NCBI GenBank assembly: GCA_016214885.1 | Contig: JACRMP010000015.1 | Span: forward strand, 13,420 to 77,419 | From: Candidatus Gottesmanbacteria bacterium | GTDB lineage: Bacteria; Patescibacteriota; Microgenomatia; UBA10105; UBA927 | DNA: 64,000 nt | Direction: 5' to 3' | Part shown: in pieces, positions 49,718 to 59,877 of the stretch | How the letters are laid out: each line of letters begins with the position of its first letter | Position numbering within the stretch: position 1 is the first letter of the stretch | Notes under the pieces: model-generated | What the model was told of the DNA's origin: nothing | Seen by the model: the letters and a program-made list of their open reading frames with translations, nothing else | Databases searched by the model: none | Position numbers and translations under genes: made by a program

Positions 49718-50581
49718 ATGCAATGCATACTTTGTGATATCCCTTTGGAAAAATACCTATATAAAAACGGGTATTGGATACAGAGGTGTCCATCATGCCA
49801 TCTGGGGGAAACTGATCTTAAGCGCGATTACACCAAATTCGTGAAGGAATTTTATTCGCAGGGATATTATGAAGGAGATCCGACAAGAAGCGCCTATGCC
49901 GATTATGAGTTGGATAAGCCCCTTATTGTCAAAAACATGCAGAAGTTCCTTTCCTTTATCGCCAAAAAGAAACCAACAGGCAAACTGCTGGATGTAGGGT
50001 GTGCGTTCGGATTTGTGGTGGAACTGGCCGTCAAAAGGGGTTACGACGCCTACGGATTTGACCCGTCTACGTTTGCGGCAAAAAAAGCGGGAGAGCTTGT
50101 AGGAAATGACAGGATCCAGGAGGGGACTATCCAACAGGTGCGTTATCCGAAATCAAGCTTTGACATAATCACCATGTTTGACGTATTTGAACATCTGCAG
50201 GATCCTCTTTCGGATATGCGGAAACTCCACTCACTGCTTAAGCCGGATGGTATCATTATCATCGCGACCGGAGACACCCGGAGTTTGGCGGCCAGAATTA
50301 TGAAGCGGCGCTGGACGTTTTTTATTCCTCCCCAGCATATATTCTTTTTCCACCGTAAGAATATTGCAGTGCTTCTTAACAAAGCGGGATTTACGCCGCG
50401 GAAGTGGCATAGGGTAGGTAAATGGCTGAGCCTGGGGTATGTGCTTCATCTTGCACGAACCACAGGGGAGAGCGCGTTTGCGAATATAATTTATGCACTG
50501 GTCCGCTACACTCCCCTCATGCGGTTCCCGCTCTATATCCCGATGAAGGATAATATGGTGATTCTTGCAGAGAAACGGTAA
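49718..50581 (+). CDS. Class I SAM-dependent methyltransferase with N-terminal Zn ribbon (glycan modification)
   Basis: CILC...CPSC, LLDVGCAFG, FDVFEHL.DP, LKPDG, PPQH. Confidence 0.9.
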   Translation: MQCILCDIPLEKYLYKNGYWIQRCPSCHLGETDLKRDYTKFVKEFYSQGYYEGDPTRSAYADYELDKPLIVKNMQKFLSFIAKKKPTGKLLDVGCAFGFVVELAVKRGYDAYGFDPSTFAAKKAGELVGNDRIQEGTIQQVRYPKSSFDIITMFDVFEHLQDPLSDMRKLHSLLKPDGIIIIATGDTRSLAARIMKRRWTFFIPPQHIFFFHRKNIAVLLNKAGFTPRKWHRVGKWLSLGYVLHLARTTGESAFANIIYALVRYTPLMRFPLYIPMKDNMVILAEKR

Positions 50582-50605
50582 TCCGCGATATGATGGGGTG
50601 AACGT

Positions 50606-52318
50606 ATGAATTTATTCCGCAGGCACTGGAAAACCGTTCTTTTTTTTGTACTTCTTCTTGCCATTTTTGTCACCAATGCGTTCCATGAAAAATATCCGGA
50701 TGAATTCGACAGTATCGTTGGCGGCAGATACATAACGGAGGGGCGCCTCCCGTACCGTGACTGGTTCCAGCATCACCAGCCGGGGGCATATGTCATGGCG
50801 GCCACAATCCTTCCGTTTACGGGTTATTCGTTTGTAAAATTCAGGGTTGGTTGGGAGATTGTTCTTTTTGCACTTCTCGTAGGATCGTACTTCCTTATAA
50901 AAAGCAGGCTGCCGAAGCGGGATCTTTCGTTTTATGTTGTTCTTCTTTTTGTGATAGGGCTATCCGGAACATACTTTTGGGGGCATATGCTGCTTGCCGA
51001 TACACTTGCAGGCTACTTTATCCTGCCTTCGTTTGCCCTCCTGTTTCTTAAGGATTATTACCGGGAGAAGTTTGACAGGACTGACCTTATCATCGTCGGA
51101 GGTTTTGCATTTTTAAGCTGGTTTACCTCCATGACCTATATATTTATCGTCGCCGCTATTTCCCTCTATGCGCTGTATCTTTTTATTCTTTCGTCAGGCA
51201 AGGCAACGTTTAAAGGGGTATTGAGCGGTGTTGCCACGCTCGCTTTCCCATATGTGGTATTCGGGCTTTATTTACTCTTCACCGGAAGTATTGCCGATTA
51301 TTACTGGGCAAACATTGTCTATAACACCAATTATTATATTTATAATTACCCGCACGCCCCGGGTGCGCCCATAAACCCCATCCGGTATGCGGCAGTTATT
51401 TTTGATACGTTCATCAACAACTATCTCCTCGCAGTTTGGGGAGCCAAGGATTTTCCGCTCGGGAGCCCGGTTCAGGTAACCTTAGCATTTTCTTCCGCTG
51501 CGGCAATTGTGCTGGTAATACTGCGCAAACGGCTGTTATTCCTTATTCCGCTCCTTACCGTGCTTGTGTTTTCCAATGCCCGGAGCAATCCGCAGTCCAT
51601 CCGCGAAACTGATTATCAGGCATTTGTGTATATTATTACCTCCATGTTTAACGGATTGTTTTCCCTTTGGGCAGTGCGGGAGCTTCTGGACGATAAAGTG
51701 CGGGCGTTTTCTTCTAAAATTGCCCTGTCCGGACTTTTTCTTACACTTCTTTTTTACTGGATAGCAACACCGCTTCACTTTTTTATGAAAATGGAACAGA
51801 AGTTTTTCCCCAAGTATATGGGGACAGCCCCTCTTATCTACAGCAGACCGCAGATAGCGCCTTATGTAAATGCCATCGTGACACCGAACGATTATGTGTA
51901 CATCGGCCCGTTTGAGTTTGAAGAACTGTTCTATCTCACCAGCAAAAAACAACCGAGTAAATACCACTGGTTCCTTGACCATGCGGCAAAAAGCAAAATA
52001 AAGGACGAATTGCTTGCTGATCTTAATAAAAACAAACCCAAGCTTATCGTATTTCAGCGTGACTTTGCCCCATGGGGAGGAGATCCCAAAACATATAACT
52101 GGTGGATGACCGAGTTTCTGGACGATAATTATTTCAGACTATTTACCCTAAACGGCACGCTCACCGACGTGCAGTACAAATGGAAACTCGATAAAACCCA
52201 GAACTTTGATATTGACGGGACGTTTAATTTTGACAAGCGCTACCAGAAGGAGATCATCGATAAACTTCTCTCGTTAGGGTATATAGAAGCACTTCCCAAG
52301 ATACAAAAATCTAACTAA
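50606..52318 (+). CDS. GT-C-like multi-TM glycosyltransferase
   Basis: YPDEFD..VGG..I..G.LPYRDWF.HH.PG luminal-loop motif; many TMs. Confidence 0.7.
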   Translation: MNLFRRHWKTVLFFVLLLAIFVTNAFHEKYPDEFDSIVGGRYITEGRLPYRDWFQHHQPGAYVMAATILPFTGYSFVKFRVGWEIVLFALLVGSYFLIKSRLPKRDLSFYVVLLFVIGLSGTYFWGHMLLADTLAGYFILPSFALLFLKDYYREKFDRTDLIIVGGFAFLSWFTSMTYIFIVAAISLYALYLFILSSGKATFKGVLSGVATLAFPYVVFGLYLLFTGSIADYYWANIVYNTNYYIYNYPHAPGAPINPIRYAAVIFDTFINNYLLAVWGAKDFPLGSPVQVTLAFSSAAAIVLVILRKRLLFLIPLLTVLVFSNARSNPQSIRETDYQAFVYIITSMFNGLFSLWAVRELLDDKVRAFSSKIALSGLFLTLLFYWIATPLHFFMKMEQKFFPKYMGTAPLIYSRPQIAPYVNAIVTPNDYVYIGPFEFEELFYLTSKKQPSKYHWFLDHAAKSKIKDELLADLNKNKPKLIVFQRDFAPWGGDPKTYNWWMTEFLDDNYFRLFTLNGTLTDVQYKWKLDKTQNFDIDGTFNFDKRYQKEIIDKLLSLGYIEALPKIQKSN

Positions 52319-52327
52319 AAATACTTC

Positions 52328-53971
52328 TCAGCGGAGGGTTGCCGCGATAAATACCCCGGGTGTGTATCTGCCTGATATGTCTCCCACCTTTTCAAATGCT
52401 TTCTCGTGGACAGCATATTCCGGTTTAGAAAGGATAAATAATGTTTTCTCTCCCTCAGTAAGTGCCGTCAGGTCAAGTTTGGGATCCATAAGCTTGATGC
52501 CGTTAGTGTCCCAGGTGGCGGCGGTAAATAGATACTTACCGAAGTGCTCCCTCGTCCCTGATTGCTGATAAAAGGTAGGATCGACGGCATTCCAGTAGAG
52601 CATAAAGACGTAGGGGCGCCAATAATAGCCGGATATGACAACCCTGTCATATTCAGTTTCATGCGCCCTGACATATCCCGCCATTTGTTTATAGCCGTCG
52701 CCGAAGGAAAGCGCGTTTTTGGTTGGATTGTCTACAAAGTACGCGTAGTGAAATTTAGGGAAAACGAGCAAAAATGCGATCCCCATGAGTATTGCGGATA
52801 GCGTTGCTGCTTTAACGGAATTTTTTTGTTTTACATACCCATATAGAGAGAGGATGCCCAAGCCTGTTATAAGAGAAAAGACCGGGGCGGCAATAAGGGT
52901 GCGCAGGGTATTGGGCTGGTTTACACTGAACGCACCAGGCAAAAACGCCGTAAATAGCCAGATGCAAATGAAAACTGCCGCAAACGGCGACAACGTTGTG
53001 AGTGAAAGTAATCCCAATGGAATCAGTATTGCCTCAATAGGATAGAGAGTGCCGTAGGTGCCGGTTCCGGTGACAAACAAATTGTGGGGCGATATATTTT
53101 TCGCGTAATTATCTACTATGGTTTGGGCAAGTGCGACCCTGCGGTTATATACAATTTTTTGGATGAGGGTGGGAGTAATTCCCATTTTATTGACATACTC
53201 TTCCCGCAATTTATGATAGTTGGGGTCATTGACGACGCTTACGATGGAAATCCGCTCCATGCCGCCGGGGGAGAGCATTTCCCTTCCCATGGGAAAGAAA
53301 GCCAAAAGACAAATTACTGCGGTAAGCAGTGTAATTTTCCATTCTTTGATAATTACTTTTCTCAGGTAGATGAGATAAAAAAGTCCGACAAACGGGATAA
53401 CCAGGCGTACGGAATAATAAAAATAAAGCGCGGCAACGAAACTAAGACCTGCAGGCAGAATAAAGGAGTATTTTTTAATACTCCGCAACATGAAATAGGT
53501 GCCAAGCATAAACCAGAACACAGCGCCATTGCTTTCAAAAAGCTGGCGCGAAAAATTTATGTGCCACGGGGATACGGCAAATACCAGCATAGGGATAAGC
53601 GCCTGTTTCCGGTTTTTAAGAATTTCTAGGGCTATCCCATACATGAGTACTACGGAAAGCACACCGAAGATGGCCGATGGAAGCCGTGCGGATAGTTCAG
53701 AAAGACCAAACAACGCTACCATAGGGACGGTAGCATATACCATGCCGGGAAGTTTATAGTCATCGAATGACCGGAAAAGGAGGGGGTAGCCAGCCCCGTA
53801 TTCATCTTTGCCCGTTTTCAGAATTGAATAGGCGTTGTACGCAATAGCAGTTTCGTCATGAGACAGCGACGGGGGGATTTGGGTAAGCCGGTCAAACCGC
53901 AGATAGATACCTACGGTTAGTATGACAGTGAATAACAGCCAAACGGCCGGAGATTTTTTAATTTGTTTCAT
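52328..53971 (-). CDS. GT-C glycosyltransferase (PMT/ArnT-like)
   Basis: PPSLSHDETAIAYNAYSILKTGKDEYG, DYKLP, RLPSA, SPWHI.FSR..FE. Confidence 0.87.
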   Translation of the reverse strand: MKQIKKSPAVWLLFTVILTVGIYLRFDRLTQIPPSLSHDETAIAYNAYSILKTGKDEYGAGYPLLFRSFDDYKLPGMVYATVPMVALFGLSELSARLPSAIFGVLSVVLMYGIALEILKNRKQALIPMLVFAVSPWHINFSRQLFESNGAVFWFMLGTYFMLRSIKKYSFILPAGLSFVAALYFYYSVRLVIPFVGLFYLIYLRKVIIKEWKITLLTAVICLLAFFPMGREMLSPGGMERISIVSVVNDPNYHKLREEYVNKMGITPTLIQKIVYNRRVALAQTIVDNYAKNISPHNLFVTGTGTYGTLYPIEAILIPLGLLSLTTLSPFAAVFICIWLFTAFLPGAFSVNQPNTLRTLIAAPVFSLITGLGILSLYGYVKQKNSVKAATLSAILMGIAFLLVFPKFHYAYFVDNPTKNALSFGDGYKQMAGYVRAHETEYDRVVISGYYWRPYVFMLYWNAVDPTFYQQSGTREHFGKYLFTAATWDTNGIKLMDPKLDLTALTEGEKTLFILSKPEYAVHEKAFEKVGDISGRYTPGVFIAATLR

Positions 53972-55602
53972 TTGTCCGTATCGATTATCGTAAAATGCGG
54001 TGTAGCATCGGGTAGTTGTATTTCAGCAACAACTTTTGGCTGGAGTTCACGCGGCACTTCATCGGATTTGGCAATAAGCAGAGTATTGGGGACGGCAAGA
54101 TCCTTTTGCCAGTCTATGGCTCTGAATGAAAATCTTCCGAAGCCTGATACATCGGAGAATCCGTCTCGCGATATCGGGTAACGGGTAGCCTGTTTTTGAT
54201 AGCTCCCCGGGTTGTATCCGCTGTAAAACATGAGATAGATATACGGGGATGTTTCGGGGTGTGTCATGATGACATTTTTATTTTTATTACTGTCAGAAAA
54301 TAAGACGGGGGTGAGTTTTTTGTATGCGTAGCCCCAGTGGGTAGCTTCGTTTTTGGGGAAGTGGACAAAATATCTGTCAAGATAATATCCCATGGAGCCC
54401 ATGTAGCCTGCTATCAGAACGAGTATCGCAATTTTTTTTCCGTGGGCAGAAGTATATTCCATAAAGAGATGAAATCCGGCACCGGCGGCAATGGCAAACG
54501 ACGGTACGACGGCAAGCATGCGGTTGGAATGGGGCGCATCTTTGGTGATAGCGGCGGCAACTGCACCTGTTGCAATCCACCATAAAATGAATTTTGATTC
54601 CTTTTTCCGGAGCTGAGATATAAGCCATGAAATACCCGCGATGAGAAGCGCTGCTTCTATAGGATGGAGATTGCCATAGCCTTGGATATTATGTGCTCTG
54701 TTGCCGCCTCCCTTGATAAACAAAAATTCTGATCCGTATGACTTGAGGTAGTTTTGGGTAACGGTGATGATAGCGTACGTTACCCTATTGTGCATAAGGC
54801 GGGTAGCTATTGAATTTGGATTGTCGTGCAGAAGACGCGGTAACTCAATTTCTTTGTGAATAACCGTTGGGTCTCCGAATATGGATATGCCGCTTATTTT
54901 GGTGTGATCAGCCGAAAACGTAACGGCAAGTATAGTGAGCGTGAGCGTTCCTCCTGCAGCTAGCGCCACCCACCAGCGGGGAACGCGGATAATATCTTTC
55001 CAGTAGATGATAACAATACCCAGTAGGAGGAGGGTAGTGGATATATGGGTGCCGTGATACGTCCAGTAGGTGAGGGCAAAAAGAATTGCAGCCAACGTGA
55101 GGTACAGCACTGATTTATTGCGGAGCGCAGTAAGAAACAGAAGGGAGCCTGTTATGCAAAAAAATACCGCTGTCACCGCTTCAGATTCCACCCGCGAAAT
55201 ATGGATATGCCACGGCATGAGTGCTAAAGATAAGGCCGCCACTAATGCTATTGAAGATGAGGAGAATAGCATTCTCGCCAGGAAAAATAAGAGAGCGACG
55301 GAGGCAGAGCCTGCAAGCGCCGACGGAAGACGGACAGCAAGCTCCGAAAGTCCAAATATCTTCACAAACGGTATGGTCATGTAAATATATAACGGCAATT
55401 TCCAGTCTCCGAATGACTCAAATGATAGAGGAAACGTTCTCCCGTATTCATCTTTACCCGTGGTCATCAGGGAGTATGCAGTTACACCGATGCTTGCTTC
55501 ATCGCGATTGACACCGGGCGGGGTGTTACGTAATCCGTAAAGCCTGAGTATGGCTGCTATTATGATGATGGAAATTAACGAGTATCTGACGAACGGTTTC
55601 AT
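53968..55602 (-). CDS. GT-C glycosyltransferase (PMT/ArnT-like)
   Basis: PPGVNRDEASIG..AYSL..TGKDEYG, FGDWKLP, PWHIHISR. Confidence 0.87.
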   Translation of the reverse strand: MKPFVRYSLISIIIIAAILRLYGLRNTPPGVNRDEASIGVTAYSLMTTGKDEYGRTFPLSFESFGDWKLPLYIYMTIPFVKIFGLSELAVRLPSALAGSASVALLFFLARMLFSSSSIALVAALSLALMPWHIHISRVESEAVTAVFFCITGSLLFLTALRNKSVLYLTLAAILFALTYWTYHGTHISTTLLLLGIVIIYWKDIIRVPRWWVALAAGGTLTLTILAVTFSADHTKISGISIFGDPTVIHKEIELPRLLHDNPNSIATRLMHNRVTYAIITVTQNYLKSYGSEFLFIKGGGNRAHNIQGYGNLHPIEAALLIAGISWLISQLRKKESKFILWWIATGAVAAAITKDAPHSNRMLAVVPSFAIAAGAGFHLFMEYTSAHGKKIAILVLIAGYMGSMGYYLDRYFVHFPKNEATHWGYAYKKLTPVLFSDSNKNKNVIMTHPETSPYIYLMFYSGYNPGSYQKQATRYPISRDGFSDVSGFGRFSFRAIDWQKDLAVPNTLLIAKSDEVPRELQPKVVAEIQLPDATPHFTIIDTDK

Positions 55603-57953
55603 AGTCTCTTTTTTTGTATGATGAGGAGCAATATAATTGTCGCACCTAGGCTAGCGGCACTCAAGAGTATACCCAGGGTGACACTGAAGGGTGCATAGAT
55701 CATGATAACTTCATGTTTGCCTGAAGGAACGTTAATTCCCCGCATGGTCCAATTTACCCGCGCTATAGCGGTGGGTTTGCCGTCTACGGTTGCAATCCAT
55801 CCGGGGTAAAACGTATCCGTCACGACCAGTGTTCCTGACACAGAACTCTCTGTTTTGACCATAACCCTCTCAGGTTCGTAAGAGGTGATGGCAGCGCTTC
55901 CTGTGGCAGGGAAGCCTTTGACTATACTTACCCCCTCAGGGAAAAGGGCGGTGGTAATGGGATTAAATCCATCAGAAAAAAATATGTCGGTGAAATCCCT
56001 GCTATTTTCATATGTTTTTGATTCTCCTGCAACGAATGCGCGGGGAAGAGCCTCGGTATTTTCATATATTGCCCAGTCGTCGAAGCTGTGGATTTTTTTG
56101 ATGACGTGGGGAGGATACGTCTGTTCACTGCTGGCGTTTTCCATCCGATCCAGAATATACCTGACACTGAGGGCGCTTAACACTTTCCGCTTCGTTTCAT
56201 CGGAGAGACCGCCGTCCCCGAACCGGGATGAGATGGCTGCGTCGGAGCGCGATGCGTTGTCAAATATTTCCATGAGCTGGCCGTTTCTGTATGCATACAA
56301 AAACTCACCGTACCACTTGGGATACAGGGGATCATATCCTTCCGGTGAAAAAAGACGGTATTGCGACGCAAAGTTTGCGCTTATATTTGCCGTTCCGTAG
56401 CCCCAGTACCGCCCTAATTGGGCAGAAGACAGGTATGCTATCGTTTTGTGTTCGGGGAACACGAGCTCTTTTGACACAAACGGATTAAACCGGTTGAAAA
56501 ACACAAAAAGATCCATGACATGGATGACTAATAGTACGGTTATGGCTAACGTGCGCATTTTCGGGAGCGCAATAGCAATCCAGAATAAGCCCAATGTGGC
56601 TGCAGACAAAGCCATTCCGTATATGAGAGCCCGTACTGCCACGCCTGCATGGAGCGACAGCTCCGGGGTAAACGGAAGTTTGGTGCCGATAAACAATACG
56701 GCGAAGATTCCCGCCACCTCGATAGTTCTTCTGAATAGTTTTTTAAGCGAGTGCTTATCACGCATCCAGAAGTCTAAGCCTAAACCGCACATCATGGAAA
56801 GTGAGAATGCCAGTAAAAATGACATAAGCGTAGGGCTGCTGGAGGTGAAAAGAGGAATCGGCACCCGATAGAGAATCTGTGTAATCGGATTAGTGGTAAG
56901 GAGTAGTGCGGTGGTCAGCACTGCCAGGATAAACCATTTGGATATCGTATCTTTCCGGCGCAGCGCTGACAGTGAAAAGAATAGCGGAATAAGTCCTATG
57001 GTGGTCACCTTCCCCACAAAGGTATCGCTTGGCCAATAGGTGCGGGTTGCCGGGTTGCCGAATAGATTGGGGAAGGGAAGCGCAAACAACTGACCCGGAT
57101 GGATGAGTATTTTTGCAAATAGATTACCCGGATCATGCGGGCTCCTGGCAGCATGACTGACAAGTTCCATACCGGGGACAACCTGAATGCCCGCAATTCC
57201 GATTCCTAGTGCGGTAAATCCGAGTAAATACGGCCACATAGTTCGGTGCATCCTGAACAATCCGTAGGTGACAGAAAATGCACAGGCATATGCATAGACC
57301 TGGGGGTGTCCAGCAAGAAGCGACATGACGTGGGACAATGTGTATATGCCGAGCCATAGCGGGCTGATTCGTTCCCGTAAGTGTTCTATGGCAAGCAGTA
57401 TGAGTGGGAGCCATAGAACGACGTGGCCTATGGTGTTGTATTCAAGCCAGACTGCCATAAATCCGGAGAATCCGTATGAAGTCGCGGCCAACCAGCTTCC
57501 TAGTGGTCTCATGCCGATTTTTCTGCTAAAGAGATAGGTAAAAAGAACCGCAAGCAGTGGTTGGGTGATCACCAGGATAGTCCATGCGTCAATCTGCGCC
57601 ATGAACAGGTAGAGAATGCCCAGGGGATATACGGCGGCACTTTGGAAGTTTGCAAGGAGCGGGGAGCCGGAAAAATTATACGGATTCCAGAGGGGTAGCC
57701 GTCCTTTCTGAAGCGAATTTATTACTGCCGTTTTCCACGGGTACATTTGACGGATGGTGTCGGGGTATTGCGCCTTGTTGGGTATCCCGCCCGCACCGTA
57801 CCCCAAGTAGGAAGTTGACCGCCACGGCTGGAAGTCGCTTACCAGAATATCCCCGGGGAACGGGACTTTACCACGGAATACAGTCTGATAAAAAAACAGG
57901 GAAATAACGGCAGAAAGTATAACAAGAACCAACATCCATTCGTTTCGTTTCAT
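55599..57953 (-). CDS. YfhO-family GT-C membrane protein
   Basis: PDTIRQMYPW, PLWNPYNFSG, AGHPQ, EGYDP, LPRAF, FYPGW.A.VDG; ATG at 57953 preferred. Confidence 0.87.
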   Translation of the reverse strand: MKRNEWMLVLVILSAVISLFFYQTVFRGKVPFPGDILVSDFQPWRSTSYLGYGAGGIPNKAQYPDTIRQMYPWKTAVINSLQKGRLPLWNPYNFSGSPLLANFQSAAVYPLGILYLFMAQIDAWTILVITQPLLAVLFTYLFSRKIGMRPLGSWLAATSYGFSGFMAVWLEYNTIGHVVLWLPLILLAIEHLRERISPLWLGIYTLSHVMSLLAGHPQVYAYACAFSVTYGLFRMHRTMWPYLLGFTALGIGIAGIQVVPGMELVSHAARSPHDPGNLFAKILIHPGQLFALPFPNLFGNPATRTYWPSDTFVGKVTTIGLIPLFFSLSALRRKDTISKWFILAVLTTALLLTTNPITQILYRVPIPLFTSSSPTLMSFLLAFSLSMMCGLGLDFWMRDKHSLKKLFRRTIEVAGIFAVLFIGTKLPFTPELSLHAGVAVRALIYGMALSAATLGLFWIAIALPKMRTLAITVLLVIHVMDLFVFFNRFNPFVSKELVFPEHKTIAYLSSAQLGRYWGYGTANISANFASQYRLFSPEGYDPLYPKWYGEFLYAYRNGQLMEIFDNASRSDAAISSRFGDGGLSDETKRKVLSALSVRYILDRMENASSEQTYPPHVIKKIHSFDDWAIYENTEALPRAFVAGESKTYENSRDFTDIFFSDGFNPITTALFPEGVSIVKGFPATGSAAITSYEPERVMVKTESSVSGTLVVTDTFYPGWIATVDGKPTAIARVNWTMRGINVPSGKHEVIMIYAPFSVTLGILLSAASLGATIILLLIIQKKRL

Positions 57954-58197
57954 ACCGGGTAGTAGAGCTTCTGGCAAAACGCCTCTCTTAGAGAATATAC
58001 TCTTAATCGGCTTTTGAGAAGTCTCCTTCCTTAATGGTTATTGCGTTAGATTGTCCGGCGTTTTGCATAAATAAATTAAATTATGTTCTTTTCCATTACA
58101 ATCCTATTTCTTTATCTTGTTTATTTTCTTTATGCGCAGACTGCAGTACTGTGACCGGACAGAAAAGAACATAATTTCCGAAGTTTCACTACCCGGC
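57954..58197 (-). ncRNA. Unknown ~244-nt three-helix structured element, copy B
   Basis: P1 58197-58178/57973-57954, P2 58177-58162/58093-58078, P3 58066-58057/57983-57974; homologous to copy A in the stems only. Confidence 0.65.
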
Positions 58198-58200
58198 ATA

Positions 58201-59832
58201 TTACGATTTTTTGCGTATTCCCAATGCATATAACGCCGCGGCGGCTATAAGAGAGAATAATGTTACCGTTTCTGCGATACGCCGCACCGGCGACTCCTCC
58301 CATACTACACGGACATGATGGGTTCCCCCGGGCAAACGGAAAGTGATAAGCCCCCTCCAATTTTGATCCTGGAATTCTACCGGAATTTTTTTGCCCCCCG
58401 CATACACCCGCCAGCCGGGGAAATACTGGGTGCGGTCAACTACCTGGACGTCATTTGCAGCTGTTACCGTGAATGTATGAAGGGTTCCTTTTTTAACGGG
58501 ATTACTGATGGTACCTGTCCCTCCCACAATTTCAAAACGGTTTTCGGGATACGATCCTGCGGGGCCTGCTGACCAGATAACATCCGTTTCCCCGAAGTAT
58601 GTGGTGTTCAGAGGATAATCCCAAAAATACCGTTCATCGATTTTATCCATCCCCAGCGGCGGACGGAAATACACCGCAGTCGAGGCAACGGTCATCGTTA
58701 TCAATATGACAATAAGATACAAAGGCGTCTTTTTGTTGATGTATACTACTCCACCAAGAATAGCCAGGGAAAATGCAGTAATATTAAGAAGCCTCCACGG
58801 AAACTGGAACATCCGCAGGATGGGGATATTAGTCCAGAGAAATTGGGAAACGGGCTGCATGACAAAAAGAGCTAATCCTGTTAAAAAGAGCGCAAACCAT
58901 ACCGTCTTTTTTTCGGTAGCACTGTTTATTTTTTTCCGGAGGATAAGAGTAATCGCATAAAAAAGCGACACTACCTGGGTGAGCCCCAACGAAACGGCTA
59001 TGCCGCCTGTTTGGAGACTTGCGGCATTAGTGAGGTTGGGGATAAAAAAATTAACAAACGGTGCAAAGTGTGATTTATACATGTCCTTCATAAATAAATC
59101 GCCGTAGGTATACCGTCGTTCAATAATTGCGGGTATCCAATAAAAGGCGGACAAAGTGAGTCCGAGGGTAAGACCCATAAACCCCTCGATACGTTTTTGG
59201 TGGTTAGGGCTGAACAGAAGCACAAACAGGGTAATGACCCCGAAAAATACGAGGCTTATGGCATTGTGGGAAGTGATAAGAAGCAGGGTGGAAACTCCGG
59301 TAAACAGTACGTTAAGGTAGCTGTTATTTTGTGTAAATCCACGGGTGACGGCATACAGCACCAATGGAAGGAATGCCAGCGCATAGCCCTCAGCCATGTC
59401 GCCGCGTACTAAAAGGTCGATCAGATGAAATGGGGCAAACTGGTAGAGTATGGTCGCAAGCAGTGCTTTCCCTTCATGTTTGAAAAACCGCAGACTGAAA
59501 AGGTACATGAAAATCCCTGAAAGCAAAAAGCTTACCGTAAGGGAAATTTTGAATGCAAAAACCAATCCGCCACCCAGGGCGACAACCGCAGAGGCGACTA
59601 CATACGGAACATGGTAAATAAAGTTGAATAGCGGCATACCATAGCCGTAATTGAGTTCGCCTGCCCACCGCGGGAGAATCTGTCCTTCGGACAACGCTTT
59701 ATAGTAGGCGGCAATACGGGCGAAATGAACAGGGCTGTCGTGTGTATGGGGGGCCAGATCAGTGATAAAAAGGGATATAAACGGGAGAAGCGAAATTGCA
59801 ATAACAAGGATATAGTGCTTAAATGATTTCAT
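58201..59832 (-). CDS. GT-C membrane protein (PTPS-related family)
   Basis: THD...H..R, GQILPRW...N.GYG.P.FNF.Y, RGDMAE, QFPWR, YFPGW. Confidence 0.83.
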   Translation of the reverse strand: MKSFKHYILVIAISLLPFISLFITDLAPHTHDSPVHFARIAAYYKALSEGQILPRWAGELNYGYGMPLFNFIYHVPYVVASAVVALGGGLVFAFKISLTVSFLLSGIFMYLFSLRFFKHEGKALLATILYQFAPFHLIDLLVRGDMAEGYALAFLPLVLYAVTRGFTQNNSYLNVLFTGVSTLLLITSHNAISLVFFGVITLFVLLFSPNHQKRIEGFMGLTLGLTLSAFYWIPAIIERRYTYGDLFMKDMYKSHFAPFVNFFIPNLTNAASLQTGGIAVSLGLTQVVSLFYAITLILRKKINSATEKKTVWFALFLTGLALFVMQPVSQFLWTNIPILRMFQFPWRLLNITAFSLAILGGVVYINKKTPLYLIVILITMTVASTAVYFRPPLGMDKIDERYFWDYPLNTTYFGETDVIWSAGPAGSYPENRFEIVGGTGTISNPVKKGTLHTFTVTAANDVQVVDRTQYFPGWRVYAGGKKIPVEFQDQNWRGLITFRLPGGTHHVRVVWEESPVRRIAETVTLFSLIAAAALYALGIRKKS

Positions 59833-59877
59833 AGAAAGCTAGGGATTAACCGCATTATAGCAAAGTATAACCAAATA

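Noticed and set aside
57954-57977. Upstream TTG starts giving MPEALLPG / MPEVLLPG N-termini for the 55599 and 25586 ORFs
   Set aside because: The shared peptide is simply the 3' arm of the repeated element; the real starts are most likely the ATGs at 57953 and 25610.
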